Source: Methylorubrum extorquens (GTDB taxonomy: Bacteria > Pseudomonadota > Alphaproteobacteria > Rhizobiales > Beijerinckiaceae). From it: a DNA stretch of 32,000 bases. The translations under genes were made by a program, and so were the position numbers. Numbering within the stretch: the first letter of the stretch is position 1; each line of letters starts with the position of its first letter. The notes beneath the pieces are model-generated. The model had not been told where the DNA came from and did not search any database. It saw only the letters and a list, made by a program, of their open reading frames with translations. The stretch is from positions 3,930,001-3,962,000 of the forward strand of contig LT962688.1 of the NCBI GenBank assembly GCA_900234795.1, written 5' to 3'. This document shows, piece by piece, positions 16,573 through 25,088 of this stretch.

Positions 16573-17364
16573 TCACAACGTCCCGGATGTCTCCGGTGCG
16601 GGCGTCGAACCGCCCATCGCCACGGCGATCGGGTGGCCGTGGCGGGCGAGGTCGTCCCGGCCCTCCGCCAGCAGCGCGTCGGAGGCCGTCTCGATGCGGG
16701 TCTGCAGCTCCTTGAGGAAGGCGGGACGCGCCAGCCCCGGCGGGATGACCGGCAGAAACTCGATCACCGTCGTGCCCGGCATGCGGCGAAAGCCGCGACG
16801 GCGCCAGTAGAGGCCGGTGTTCAGCGCCACCGGCAGGCAGGGCACGTTCAGCGCGGCGTAGAGGTGGGAGGCGCCCTGCTTGTACGCGGGCGGGGCGCCG
16901 GCCGGGCGGCGGGTGCCCTCGGGGAAGATGATGAGCTGGCGCCCGTCGCGGATGGCCTGCGCCGCCGCCTTGTTCATCGCCGCCATCGCCCTCGTGCCCT
17001 TCGAGCGATCGATCGGCACCATGCCACCCCGGGCGAAGTACCAGCCGACCACCGGAATCCACATCAGCTCGCGCTTGAGCACGTAGCCGAAATCATCGAA
17101 CGGAATCGTGAGCGCCAGCGTCTCCAGCGCGGATTGATGCTTGGCGGCGACCAGCAGCGGGCCCTTCGGAATGTTCTCCAGGCCGCGGAACTCCACCCGC
17201 GTCCCGCCGATCACGCGCAGCAGGAACACCACCGTGCGGCCCCAGAACTGCGCCACCCGGATCGTGGCCTTGCGCCAGGCAAGCGCCGGACTTCCCAGGA
17301 TCGCGATCAGACCCGTCGCGACGTAGAAGGAGAGGTTGAAGGCGAGCGAGCGGAAGAGGAGCAT
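16573..17364 (-). CDS. plsC: 1-acyl-sn-glycerol-3-phosphate (lysophospholipid) acyltransferase
   Basis: From the internal ATG at 17364 the product begins MLLFRSLAFNLSFYV. It has the acyltransferase motifs AAKHQSALET and IFPEGTR. Confidence 0.85.
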   Translation of the reverse strand: MLLFRSLAFNLSFYVATGLIAILGSPALAWRKATIRVAQFWGRTVVFLLRVIGGTRVEFRGLENIPKGPLLVAAKHQSALETLALTIPFDDFGYVLKRELMWIPVVGWYFARGGMVPIDRSKGTRAMAAMNKAAAQAIRDGRQLIIFPEGTRRPAGAPPAYKQGASHLYAALNVPCLPVALNTGLYWRRRGFRRMPGTTVIEFLPVIPPGLARPAFLKELQTRIETASDALLAEGRDDLARHGHPIAVAMGGSTPAPETSGTL

Positions 17365-17795
17365 CGGTGGTCCGCGTGAGGATGGCGCTCCTTTACCGTG
17401 TGCGCCTGCGCTTGCCCACCGCCGGGCCGAGGAAACCCGTCGCGCGGCGTAGCACCCGCCTCCACCGCTTTTCCGGCCAGCCGCTGATCCGATGAAAGGC
17501 ATTCATCCGGGAGGATTCAGCGCCTGGCGCCATGATCAGTGATCGATGCAGGGCAGGCCGCGGAGATCCTCGGCATACAATATGGTGCTGTCTTAGTGTT
17601 CGTAATTATAATTATAGAAAATCACTTTTGTTACTGGAAACTGGCGATCCTGAACGCCGGCAACCGACACCTATTCGAATTAGCAAATGAGATTTGTCGA
17701 CGAATAGCCTGGCTGTATCAAGGTAGCGAGGGGGGACGGATGGGCTTGTTCGCATGTGAGCGAGCCTGTCTCGGAGCGTGCTCGGAGCCGCAGCC

Positions 17796-18722
17796 ATGAT
17801 CCGTGCCCTGTCGATCCGTGCTCTGTCCTTGCCTGGACAGGCCCCTTCCGCCGCGGTGCCGGATCGGATCGGGGCCGGCCGCAGTTCCGAGGTGTTCGCC
17901 GCAGGGCCGGACCGGGTGGTGAAGCTCTACCGGCAGCCCTTCGAGCCGGAGGTGGTTGCGAACGAGTGGGCCGCGAGCCGCCTCGCCCATGGTTTCGGCC
18001 TGCCGGTGCCGAAGGCGCTCGGCATCATCCGACGGGCCGAGCGCACCGGGATCCTGTTCGCGCGCCTCGATGGTTCGCCGATGACGGTGCGCTATGCCTA
18101 CAACCCGGTCGGGCTGCTGCTGGCCCTGCGCCGCGTGGCCCGGATTCAGCACGCGATCCATGCCTGTCCCGCCCCCGGCCTGCCCTCGCAGCATGACGGT
18201 CTCCGGGCCCAGATCGAGGGCGCACGGGTGCCGGAGCCCCTGCGGCAGGCGGCGCTCGCCGCCCTCGACCGCCTTCCGAGGGGCGACCGCCTCTGTCACG
18301 GCGACGTGCATCCCAGCAACGTGATCGCGACCTCGGCCGGGCTCCGCCTGATCGATTGGCAGAAGGCCGCCGCGGGCGATCCGGCCGCCGACGTGGCCCG
18401 CTCCGAACTGATGCTGCGCTACGGCCGGCTCGGCCCGGCCTGGTTCAGCCGGCTTCGCCCCGTGCGGATGGCGCGTCGGCTGATCGCGGCGTGGTACGTG
18501 CACGCCTACCGAACGGCGAGCGGCCTGCCGCGGGAGGCCATCGCCGCGTGGCGCCTGCCGGTCGCGGTCTCACGCTTGTTCGGGCGCCCCTCCGACACCG
18601 ACGCCGAATTGCTGGCGGCGATCGAAAGGCTGGCGCGCAAAAAAACGGATTTCGAAAAGGCGAGTCTTTTCGCGGGTCCAGGGCAGAGCCCTGGTCGAGG
18701 GCAGCCGAAGCGATTTCTCTAA
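17796..18722 (+). CDS. Aminoglycoside/choline-kinase-like phosphotransferase (APH family)
   Basis: It has the catalytic loop LCHGDVHPSNV and the IDWQ metal-binding motif. The start is the ATG at 17796, with an alternative GTG at 17778. The last approximately 28 codons have atypical codon usage. Confidence 0.75.
   Translation: MIRALSIRALSLPGQAPSAAVPDRIGAGRSSEVFAAGPDRVVKLYRQPFEPEVVANEWAASRLAHGFGLPVPKALGIIRRAERTGILFARLDGSPMTVRYAYNPVGLLLALRRVARIQHAIHACPAPGLPSQHDGLRAQIEGARVPEPLRQAALAALDRLPRGDRLCHGDVHPSNVIATSAGLRLIDWQKAAAGDPAADVARSELMLRYGRLGPAWFSRLRPVRMARRLIAAWYVHAYRTASGLPREAIAAWRLPVAVSRLFGRPSDTDAELLAAIERLARKKTDFEKASLFAGPGQSPGRGQPKRFL
18639..18679 (-). terminator. Probable intrinsic terminator of ggt, embedded in the 3' end of the convergent APH-like ORF
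   Basis: The minus strand reads GGA-cccg-CGAAAAG-actcgc-CTTTTCG-aaa-TCC-g-TTTTTTT. It lies about 40 nt downstream of the ggt stop. Confidence 0.45.
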
Positions 18723-20527
18723 GGCCCCTCGGCCAGCGTCCCCCGCTGACGCGGGTCGGAGGCGCCGGCGAGCAGACCATCCTCGGCCATCACCGAATTG
18801 GCCGAGCCCGAGGTCGCGCCGACCTTTACGGTGTGGCCCTTGGCCCGCAGCAGGGCCAGCGTATCGGGCGAGACGCCTTCTTCCGCCATCAGCACGTCGG
18901 GCTGCCACTGGTGGTGGATGCGCGGCGCGGCGACCGCCTGGGCGAGGTTCATGCGGAAATCGAGCACGTTCACGATGACCTGAAGCGTGGTCGTGATGAT
19001 GCGGCTGCCGCCGGGACTGCCGGTGACGAGAAACAGCCGGCCGTCCCGGAACACGAAGGTGGGCGTCATCGAGGAGAGCGGGCGCGCGCCCGGCGCCACG
19101 GCGTTGGCCTCGCCGCCGACGAGGCCGTAGGCGTTGCGCGCGCCGGTCTTGGCGGAGAAGTCGTCCATCTCGTTGTTGAGCAGCACGCCCGTCCCTTCGG
19201 CGACCAGTCCGATCCCGTAGGAGAAGTTGAGCGTATAGGTGTTGGAGACGGCGTTCCCCTCCGCGTCCACCACCGAGAAATGCGTGGTCTGGTCGGATTC
19301 GTAGGGCAGCGGGTTGCCGGCGCGCACTTCTGCGGCAGTCTTCGCCCGCTCCGGATCGATCTTCTCGCGCAGGGTGGCGGCATAGGGCTTGGCGGTCAGC
19401 CCCGCGACGGGAATCTGCGTGCGCGACGGGTCGCCGAGCCAGGTGGCGCGGTCGGCATAGGCCGGCTTCATCGCCTCGGCGAGCGTGTGCAGCGCCCCCG
19501 CGCTGCCCGCGCCCATGCCGGCGAGGTCGTAGCCTTCCAGGATGTTCAGGATCTCGATGAGATGCACCCCGCCGGAACTCGGCGGCGGCATCGAGACGAT
19601 CTCGTAGCCGCGATAGGTGCCGCGCACCGGCATGCGGATCTCCGGCCGGTAGGCGGCGAGGTCGGCCGCGGTCATGATCCCGCCCGCGCCCTGGACGGAG
19701 GCGGCGATCTTGTCGGCGATCGGCCCCACGTAGAAGGCGTCCGGTCCGCGCTCGGCGATCGCCTTCAGGGTGTCGGCCAGATCGGTCTGGCGCAACGTCG
19801 CGCCGCGGGGGAGCACGTGGTCGCCATCGAAGAACACCGCCCGGCTCGACGGCCATTGCCCGAGCAGGCCGGAGGCCCGCGGCAGGGAATCGGCCAGCCC
19901 CGATTCGACGGGGATGCCGTCGCGGGCGAGCTTTTCCGCCGGGGCGATGAGGTCGGCCAGCGTGAGCTTGCCCGAACCGTAGCGCCTGTGAGCCTCGGCG
20001 AGGCCGCGCACCGTGCCGGGCACGCCCACCGCCTTGCCGGTCCGGGTGGAGGCGGCGCGGTCGGGCTCCCCTTGCGGGTTCAGGAACATGTCGGCGGTGG
20101 ACGCGGCCGGGGCGGTCTCGCGGTAGTCGATCGCGGTGGTTTCCCCAGCGGCGTCCTTCGGCAGCTCCTTGCCCGCCTCCTTGGCCGCGGCGCGGTGCAC
20201 CATCATGAAGCCGCCGCCGCCGAGATTGCCCGCCCGCGGCAGGGTGACGGCGAGCGCGAAGCCGACCGCCACCGCCGCATCGACGGCGTTGCCGCCCTTC
20301 CTCAGGATCTCGACGCCGACGCGGGTGGCGAGTGCGTCCTGCGACGACACCATGCCGCGCCGGGCGAGAACCGGCAGCAGGCGGGCTTCGTCCGATTGGA
20401 TCGGCGGCGGTTCGGGCGCGGGCGGCACCGCTTGTGCCTGGGCCTGGGCTTGGGCCGGAAACGGCACCGCCAGGGAGGCGATGAGGAGGAGTGCGAGGGC
20501 GGAGCGAACGGGCGAAGTCGGGCTCAT
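18719..20527 (-). CDS. ggt: Gamma-glutamyltransferase (periplasmic precursor)
   Basis: 602 aa with a signal peptide, GNLGGGGFMMVH, the autoprocessing/catalytic site SDQTTHFSVVD and GSPGGSRII. Confidence 0.95.
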   Translation of the reverse strand: MSPTSPVRSALALLLIASLAVPFPAQAQAQAQAVPPAPEPPPIQSDEARLLPVLARRGMVSSQDALATRVGVEILRKGGNAVDAAVAVGFALAVTLPRAGNLGGGGFMMVHRAAAKEAGKELPKDAAGETTAIDYRETAPAASTADMFLNPQGEPDRAASTRTGKAVGVPGTVRGLAEAHRRYGSGKLTLADLIAPAEKLARDGIPVESGLADSLPRASGLLGQWPSSRAVFFDGDHVLPRGATLRQTDLADTLKAIAERGPDAFYVGPIADKIAASVQGAGGIMTAADLAAYRPEIRMPVRGTYRGYEIVSMPPPSSGGVHLIEILNILEGYDLAGMGAGSAGALHTLAEAMKPAYADRATWLGDPSRTQIPVAGLTAKPYAATLREKIDPERAKTAAEVRAGNPLPYESDQTTHFSVVDAEGNAVSNTYTLNFSYGIGLVAEGTGVLLNNEMDDFSAKTGARNAYGLVGGEANAVAPGARPLSSMTPTFVFRDGRLFLVTGSPGGSRIITTTLQVIVNVLDFRMNLAQAVAAPRIHHQWQPDVLMAEEGVSPDTLALLRAKGHTVKVGATSGSANSVMAEDGLLAGASDPRQRGTLAEGP

Positions 20528-20672
20528 GCCCCGAGCTTATCGCAAATGCGGGGCGCAGCCACGCTCCCCGCGAACGACCTTTTGTCCTTCGGCGCGCCCC
20601 ACGCGGGACGAGGCGCGCCTTGTTCGGGCATCGTTGCGTGCGACGCCGGCCACCGCCTGTCGGGGTAAAGCT

Positions 20673-20954
20673 CTATCTCCCGCTCAAGGCCGGCCCGCCC
20701 GCCGTGCCCCCGGTGCCGGGCGGTCCGCTGGTGGGCGTGCCGCCGATCACGGCGCCCGGCGTGCCGCCGACGACGGCCGGCTTGTTGGGGGTGCCGACCG
20801 GGGCGCCGGCCGTGCTCGGGCCGGGCACCGGCTGCGACCCCGTGGCCGAAGCCTTCGGGCTCGGCGGCGAGGGCTGTGCATCCGCGCCGGCCTGAGCCAT
20901 GGCGGCCGCCGGGAGGCTGACTATCAGAGCCAGCGCGATCGTCGTGAGCCGCAT
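20673..20954 (-). CDS. Small secreted Pro/Gly/Thr-rich low-complexity protein
   Basis: From the internal ATG at 20954 the product is MRLTTIALALIVSLPAAAMA followed by a PSPPSPKASATGSQPVPGPSTAGAPVGTPNKP... tail. AGGA lies upstream. No homology recognised. Confidence 0.5.
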   Translation of the reverse strand: MRLTTIALALIVSLPAAAMAQAGADAQPSPPSPKASATGSQPVPGPSTAGAPVGTPNKPAVVGGTPGAVIGGTPTSGPPGTGGTAGGPALSGR

Positions 20955-21204
20955 GAAATGTCCTGTCCGAGGCAAAGGGTGTCCCTCAACCCGGCGGAGC
21001 CGGGAAAGTTCGCCTCGGCCCATCACGATTGTCCTCGGTTCGAGAACGCGCCTCGACACGGCGGAAACCGGTTCAGCCATCGGACAGCGCGCCGAAGCAA
21101 CAGCCGCCGGACGCCGACCTGATGGCATCAGGTCGGCGCCGCTAACCCACTGTTTTATCGCGTATTCTTTCGAATGAGCGGTGACCGCTTCGTCGGAATG
21201 CGCC

Positions 21205-21501
21205 CTAGCGATAGCCGAGCCGGTAGCGGGGGGCGGACCCGGCCGGGTCGTACAGGCGCGGCTCCGTGCGCCGCATACGGCGGATCCGGTGCTCGGCTTC
21301 CGTCGGCTGGTGATAGCGCAGCGATTCCTGATGCGCGTGGAAGTGATGATCCCAGTGACTCGTGCTGGGATGCCAATCTACGCTCTGGGCCGGGTTACCA
21401 GCGATGACGTCCGGCTGGGGTAGGGCGGGAGCGGCAGAGGCCGCCGTTACACCGAGGGAGCCGAGCACGAGGCTGGCTGCAAGGATGGGGACGATCCGCA
21501 T
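21205..21501 (-). CDS. Small secreted His-rich protein, hypothetical
   Basis: 98 aa with a strong ribosome-binding site GGAGGAGA 8 nt upstream. The signal peptide is MRIVPILAASLVLGSLGVTAASA. The mature part contains WHPSTSHWDHHFHAHQESLRYHQ. Confidence 0.6.
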   Translation of the reverse strand: MRIVPILAASLVLGSLGVTAASAAPALPQPDVIAGNPAQSVDWHPSTSHWDHHFHAHQESLRYHQPTEAEHRIRRMRRTEPRLYDPAGSAPRYRLGYR

Positions 21502-21914
21502 CGCTTTGTGTCTCCTCCACGCACGATGATCGCGCGTTCCAATATGTCATAAAACGTTCACAAACCGATTTTCCGTCCCGTGCGATCGGATGGAGCCGTG
21601 ACAAAAATCTTAAAAATGATCGGAATTTAATGGGCGGCGTGCCGTGCCGCACCGGCTCGGCCCCTCCATCCCGCGCGCCGGACGATTCTCGCGCTGCGTG
21701 TCCCGCCGGATCGGCGTGCAACGCGTATTGGAATTCACCGGAAGGCTTGGCCGAATGCCATCCCGCCGTCGCTCGGCGGCTGGGAGGCAGGCATCAGAAT
21801 GCCGGCGCCTGCCCCCGAACATGCGGAGGCGTGACGCCGGCACCGGTCGTGATGATGTGGGGAGACTATGACGGCTGGCGCCGGGCTCGGACCTTCGCCA
21901 GCCGGACGCGCGGG

Positions 21915-22106
21915 TTAGGCGGCGTCTTCGGCGTCGTCGCCGTCGAGGATCGTCTCCAGATCGCCGGTGAGCGCATCGAGTTGATCGGCGCTCGCGCGGA
22001 TCTTGAACTTCGTTCCGTCCTCGGCTTCCACCGCGATCTCGATGTGGTCCTCGACCTTGGCGGCGAGCGCCTGCTTAAGCGTATAGGTGGTCACGTCCTT
22101 GGCCAT
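21915..22106 (-). CDS. Small acidic cytoplasmic protein, hypothetical
   Basis: 63 aa with AGGAAG upstream and high GC3. The product is MAKDVTTYTLKQALAAKVEDHIEIAVEAEDGTKFKIRASADQLDALTGDLETILDGDDAEDAA. Confidence 0.55.
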   Translation of the reverse strand: MAKDVTTYTLKQALAAKVEDHIEIAVEAEDGTKFKIRASADQLDALTGDLETILDGDDAEDAA

Positions 22107-22247
22107 TCGGCTTCCTGTCGGCGGTGTGTCGTGGGGAGGTGGGAAGCGCCGTAAGGCGGAGTCGTTCCCTCGATCGTCCCGTCATCGGCGCATGCGGCCG
22201 GCGATCCGTTAAGTCGGCCTTGATGGCTTCGGGGGCATCTCGCCGCC

Positions 22248-22610
22248 ATGAACGCGCCACGGCTTCTCCTTGCCCTGTTCGTGATCGGCGGCAGCCTGGG
22301 CGCCGACGCCGCGGCGGCGCGCACGCGCGATCTCGGAGATCTCGAAGCGGCCTGGCATGACTGCGTCCGCGAGGCCTATCTCCGGCAACCGCCGGGCCAG
22401 AGCCGGGCCGGGGCGCAGCGCAACGTCCTCGACGAGTGCCGGGAACACGAGGACCAGCTGGTGGCCGCCACCATGCTCGAACACGCCCGCGAGGACGAGG
22501 CCGCGCGACGGGCCGGCCTTCCCCTGACGGCCCGGGCGGGCGCCTGGGCCGCCTCCGTCGCGGCCTACGTCGTCGATCCCGTCACATCCTGGCTGCAGGG
22601 GTGGCGCTAG
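22248..22610 (+). CDS. Hypothetical exported protein
   Basis: 120 aa with signal-like MNAPRLLLALFVIGGSLGADA and two Cys residues (HDCV, DECR). No homology recognised. Confidence 0.5.
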   Translation: MNAPRLLLALFVIGGSLGADAAAARTRDLGDLEAAWHDCVREAYLRQPPGQSRAGAQRNVLDECREHEDQLVAATMLEHAREDEAARRAGLPLTARAGAWAASVAAYVVDPVTSWLQGWR

Positions 22611-22781
22611 AGCGCCTTCCGACGACGGGGCCACCGGTTCGCAGAAAGAAGGCGGGTCGAAACAAGGACCGGTGGCCGGACACGGCCCTGGAGCATGGCC
22701 CCGGCCATCGTCGCCCGCTTTCGCGAAGAACGATGCGTCCGGGACAGGCTCCGATCGGGCCGCGCCGAACCCGGCCGGCGA

Positions 22782-23462
22782 TCAGAAGCGGTAGCCGATG
22801 CCCGCGCCGATGATCAGCATGTCGAGCCGCACCGTGGTGGTGCCGGAACCGATCCGGGAGACCTGCGGCGGCAGGAAGATCTTCTTGATCTCCATGTTGG
22901 CGTACCAGTTGCCGCCGAGGTGATAATCGAAGCCGGCCTGAAGCATCGGCCCCAGTTGCGGATCGGCCTTCATCTCGGTGATGAGCGGCTTGGCCGGCTC
23001 GTAGGCGATCGGGTGGGTGTAGCCCGCACCCGCGCCGATATAGGGGTTGAAGGGGCCGTGCGGGAGGAAGTGGAACTGGACCGCGCCGGTCATGGCGAAG
23101 CTCCAGGTCGAGCCGATCGTCAGGTCGCCGATCAACGACCCGCGGATCGAGGTCTTGGTCGAGACCACGCCGAGCTGACCGGCCACCGCGAAATGATCGG
23201 ACAGGAAATACGTCACGTCGAGATCCGGCAGGGCCCGTGCCGGGGTGATGACGCGGCCGCCGATCGGCTCGACCCGGGAGAACTGGCCGACCGGGATGGA
23301 GCCGACGACGCGGCCGCGGACCAGGAAGCTGCCCGCGGTCAGCCCGCTTTCGGGAACCGTATTCATTGCCGGCTCGGCGGCCTGAGAGGCGGTGGAGACC
23401 CCGAGCAGGCCGATCCCGAGAACGCCGAACACGGCCGCGAGACGGCTCGATCGCGCCGCCAT
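22782..23462 (-). CDS. ompW: OmpW-family outer-membrane beta-barrel protein
   Basis: From the internal ATG at 23462 there is a signal peptide and alternating beta-strand pattern. The C-terminus LIIGAGIGYRF ends in the aromatic residue typical of OmpW/OmpA-like barrels. Confidence 0.85.
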   Translation of the reverse strand: MAARSSRLAAVFGVLGIGLLGVSTASQAAEPAMNTVPESGLTAGSFLVRGRVVGSIPVGQFSRVEPIGGRVITPARALPDLDVTYFLSDHFAVAGQLGVVSTKTSIRGSLIGDLTIGSTWSFAMTGAVQFHFLPHGPFNPYIGAGAGYTHPIAYEPAKPLITEMKADPQLGPMLQAGFDYHLGGNWYANMEIKKIFLPPQVSRIGSGTTTVRLDMLIIGAGIGYRF

Positions 23463-23688
23463 CGGCTTCGCCCCCGACGCCCCGCGCCGAACGGGTCTCC
23501 GTCTGCGCGGCGCGCAGGCGAGACGACGGTCCCGCCCGGAGGACGGAAGGGACGAGGCAGGCTGGTCGAGCATGGGTTCTGTTTTTCGAATCTCGAGGAA
23601 AATCGTTTCGGCGCGCCTCACGACAGGCCCGCGCACGGACCGTTTTTCTGGTGCCGCGGCGGTTCGACGGTCGTTCCGTGAGGGACGG

Positions 23689-24942
23689 TCAGGCCGGTTC
23701 GGATCGCGGCTGGCCGACGACCTGGATGGCCTCCATGGCCTCGCGAAGCCCGGAGGACGGCTCCGCTCGGACGGCTCGGGTGTCCGGCGGAGGCGGTGAC
23801 GGGGCGAGGCACACGCGATTGCGGCCGGCTCTCTTGGCGGCGTAGAGGGCCGCGTCCGCCCGGGACAGGGCGGCGTCGATCCGCTCCTCGCCGGCGGCGA
23901 CGACCGCGACCCCGATGCTGGCGGTCACGGTCACGGCCGCTCCGTTCACGGTGAAGGGCTGCCCGGCGGCGGACTTTCGCAGGCGCTCGGCGACGGTGGC
24001 GGCCGCGGTGGCATCGGCTTGGTCGAGCACGACCAGGAACTCCTCGCCGCCCCAGCGGGCGACGAGGTCGTCCTTGCGCATCACGCCGCGCAAGCGCTCG
24101 GCGAAGCCGACCAGGGCCGCGTCGCCGCCGTCATGGCCGTAGGTGTCGTTGATCGCCTTGAAGTGGTCGATGTCGGCCAGCAGGATCGCGCATCGCGGCG
24201 GGGACGGGGACAGGCCGGCCCGCTGGCTCAACGCCGCGAACAATCCGCGCCGGTTCGCCAGCCCGGTGAGGGGGTCGGTGTCGGCCAGTCGGCTGAGCTT
24301 CAGGTGCGCGCGCTCGCTCACCATGGCGAGATAGCCGACCTGGATGAAGACGCCGCACCACAGATCGAACAGCAGCGAGTAGATACCGCTCTCCGGCGAT
24401 GCGAGGCGCTCGTTCGCGAAATGGATCACGCCGATCGTCAGCAGGAAGGCGACGAAGTATCCGCCGAAGCCCAAGAGGACGATGTACTGTGTCCACAGGC
24501 GCATCGAAGCGGGTGTTCTCAGGATTTCCCACATGCACAAAGCTGTGCTCAGCGCGATGCACACGAACACGACGCTCAGTGCCCAAGACACTGACGCCCC
24601 GATCTGGGGCAGGATGCCGTAGGACAGGCCGCTGAGGAGGGCGAGCCCGAGGGTCTGCGGGACGAGGAGCACGCGCTCATGGAAGAGGCGCAGGCCGGCC
24701 CAGGACAGGGCAAGGCTCGCCCCGTACAGGATGTAGACGACGCTCCCTTTGACAGCATTCAGCGGCACGCTCGGCGGATCTCCGAGCATCAGCAATGACG
24801 CGATCAGCGAGCAGCAGAGCGCGCCGGCCCAGACCCCGAAATAGATCTCGCGCGGATGCCGCAGCAGGGTGACGAAGAACACCAGAACAAAAGCAAGGCG
24901 ACTGCTGATGCTGGCGACCTGAAGGGTGTTTAAGTCGAGCAT
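23689..24942 (-). CDS. Membrane-anchored diguanylate cyclase (GGDEF domain, GGEEF active site, RxxD I-site)
   Basis: About 190 aa of multiple TM helices are followed by DPLTGLANRRG, DIDHFKAINDTYGH, RKDDLVARWGGEEF and YAAKRAGRNRV. Confidence 0.9.
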   Translation of the reverse strand: MLDLNTLQVASISSRLAFVLVFFVTLLRHPREIYFGVWAGALCCSLIASLLMLGDPPSVPLNAVKGSVVYILYGASLALSWAGLRLFHERVLLVPQTLGLALLSGLSYGILPQIGASVSWALSVVFVCIALSTALCMWEILRTPASMRLWTQYIVLLGFGGYFVAFLLTIGVIHFANERLASPESGIYSLLFDLWCGVFIQVGYLAMVSERAHLKLSRLADTDPLTGLANRRGLFAALSQRAGLSPSPPRCAILLADIDHFKAINDTYGHDGGDAALVGFAERLRGVMRKDDLVARWGGEEFLVVLDQADATAAATVAERLRKSAAGQPFTVNGAAVTVTASIGVAVVAAGEERIDAALSRADAALYAAKRAGRNRVCLAPSPPPPDTRAVRAEPSSGLREAMEAIQVVGQPRSEPA

Positions 24943-25088
24943 GACCGTCCAGGCCCTTTACGGATGACCCGCGCGTGGGAGCGCTCCTGCCTCGGAGCGG
25001 ATTGCCCGTTCGGCGAAAGGCCCATCGGAACAGCGGTCCGGAGCCGATCCCGGTTGTCCCGGCCGCGGGAGCTGGGCGGCAAGGCGCA

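Noticed and set aside
17539-17799. 86-aa ORF inside the AT-rich island
   Set aside because: Its codon usage and composition (IIIIENHFCYWK...) are unlike every confident gene in the window. It has no ribosome-binding site and overlaps the start of the kinase gene.
20435-20456. Short tandem GCCTGGGC-type repeat
   Set aside because: It simply encodes the AQAQAQAQA stretch at the end of the ggt signal peptide. It is too short to be a repeat element or CRISPR-like array.
18356-20668. 770-aa ORF on the plus strand, the longest in the track
   Set aside because: It is entirely antisense to the clearly recognisable ggt gene. Its translation is Arg/Gly/Ala/Pro-rich with no motifs, which is typical of a shadow ORF in high-GC DNA.
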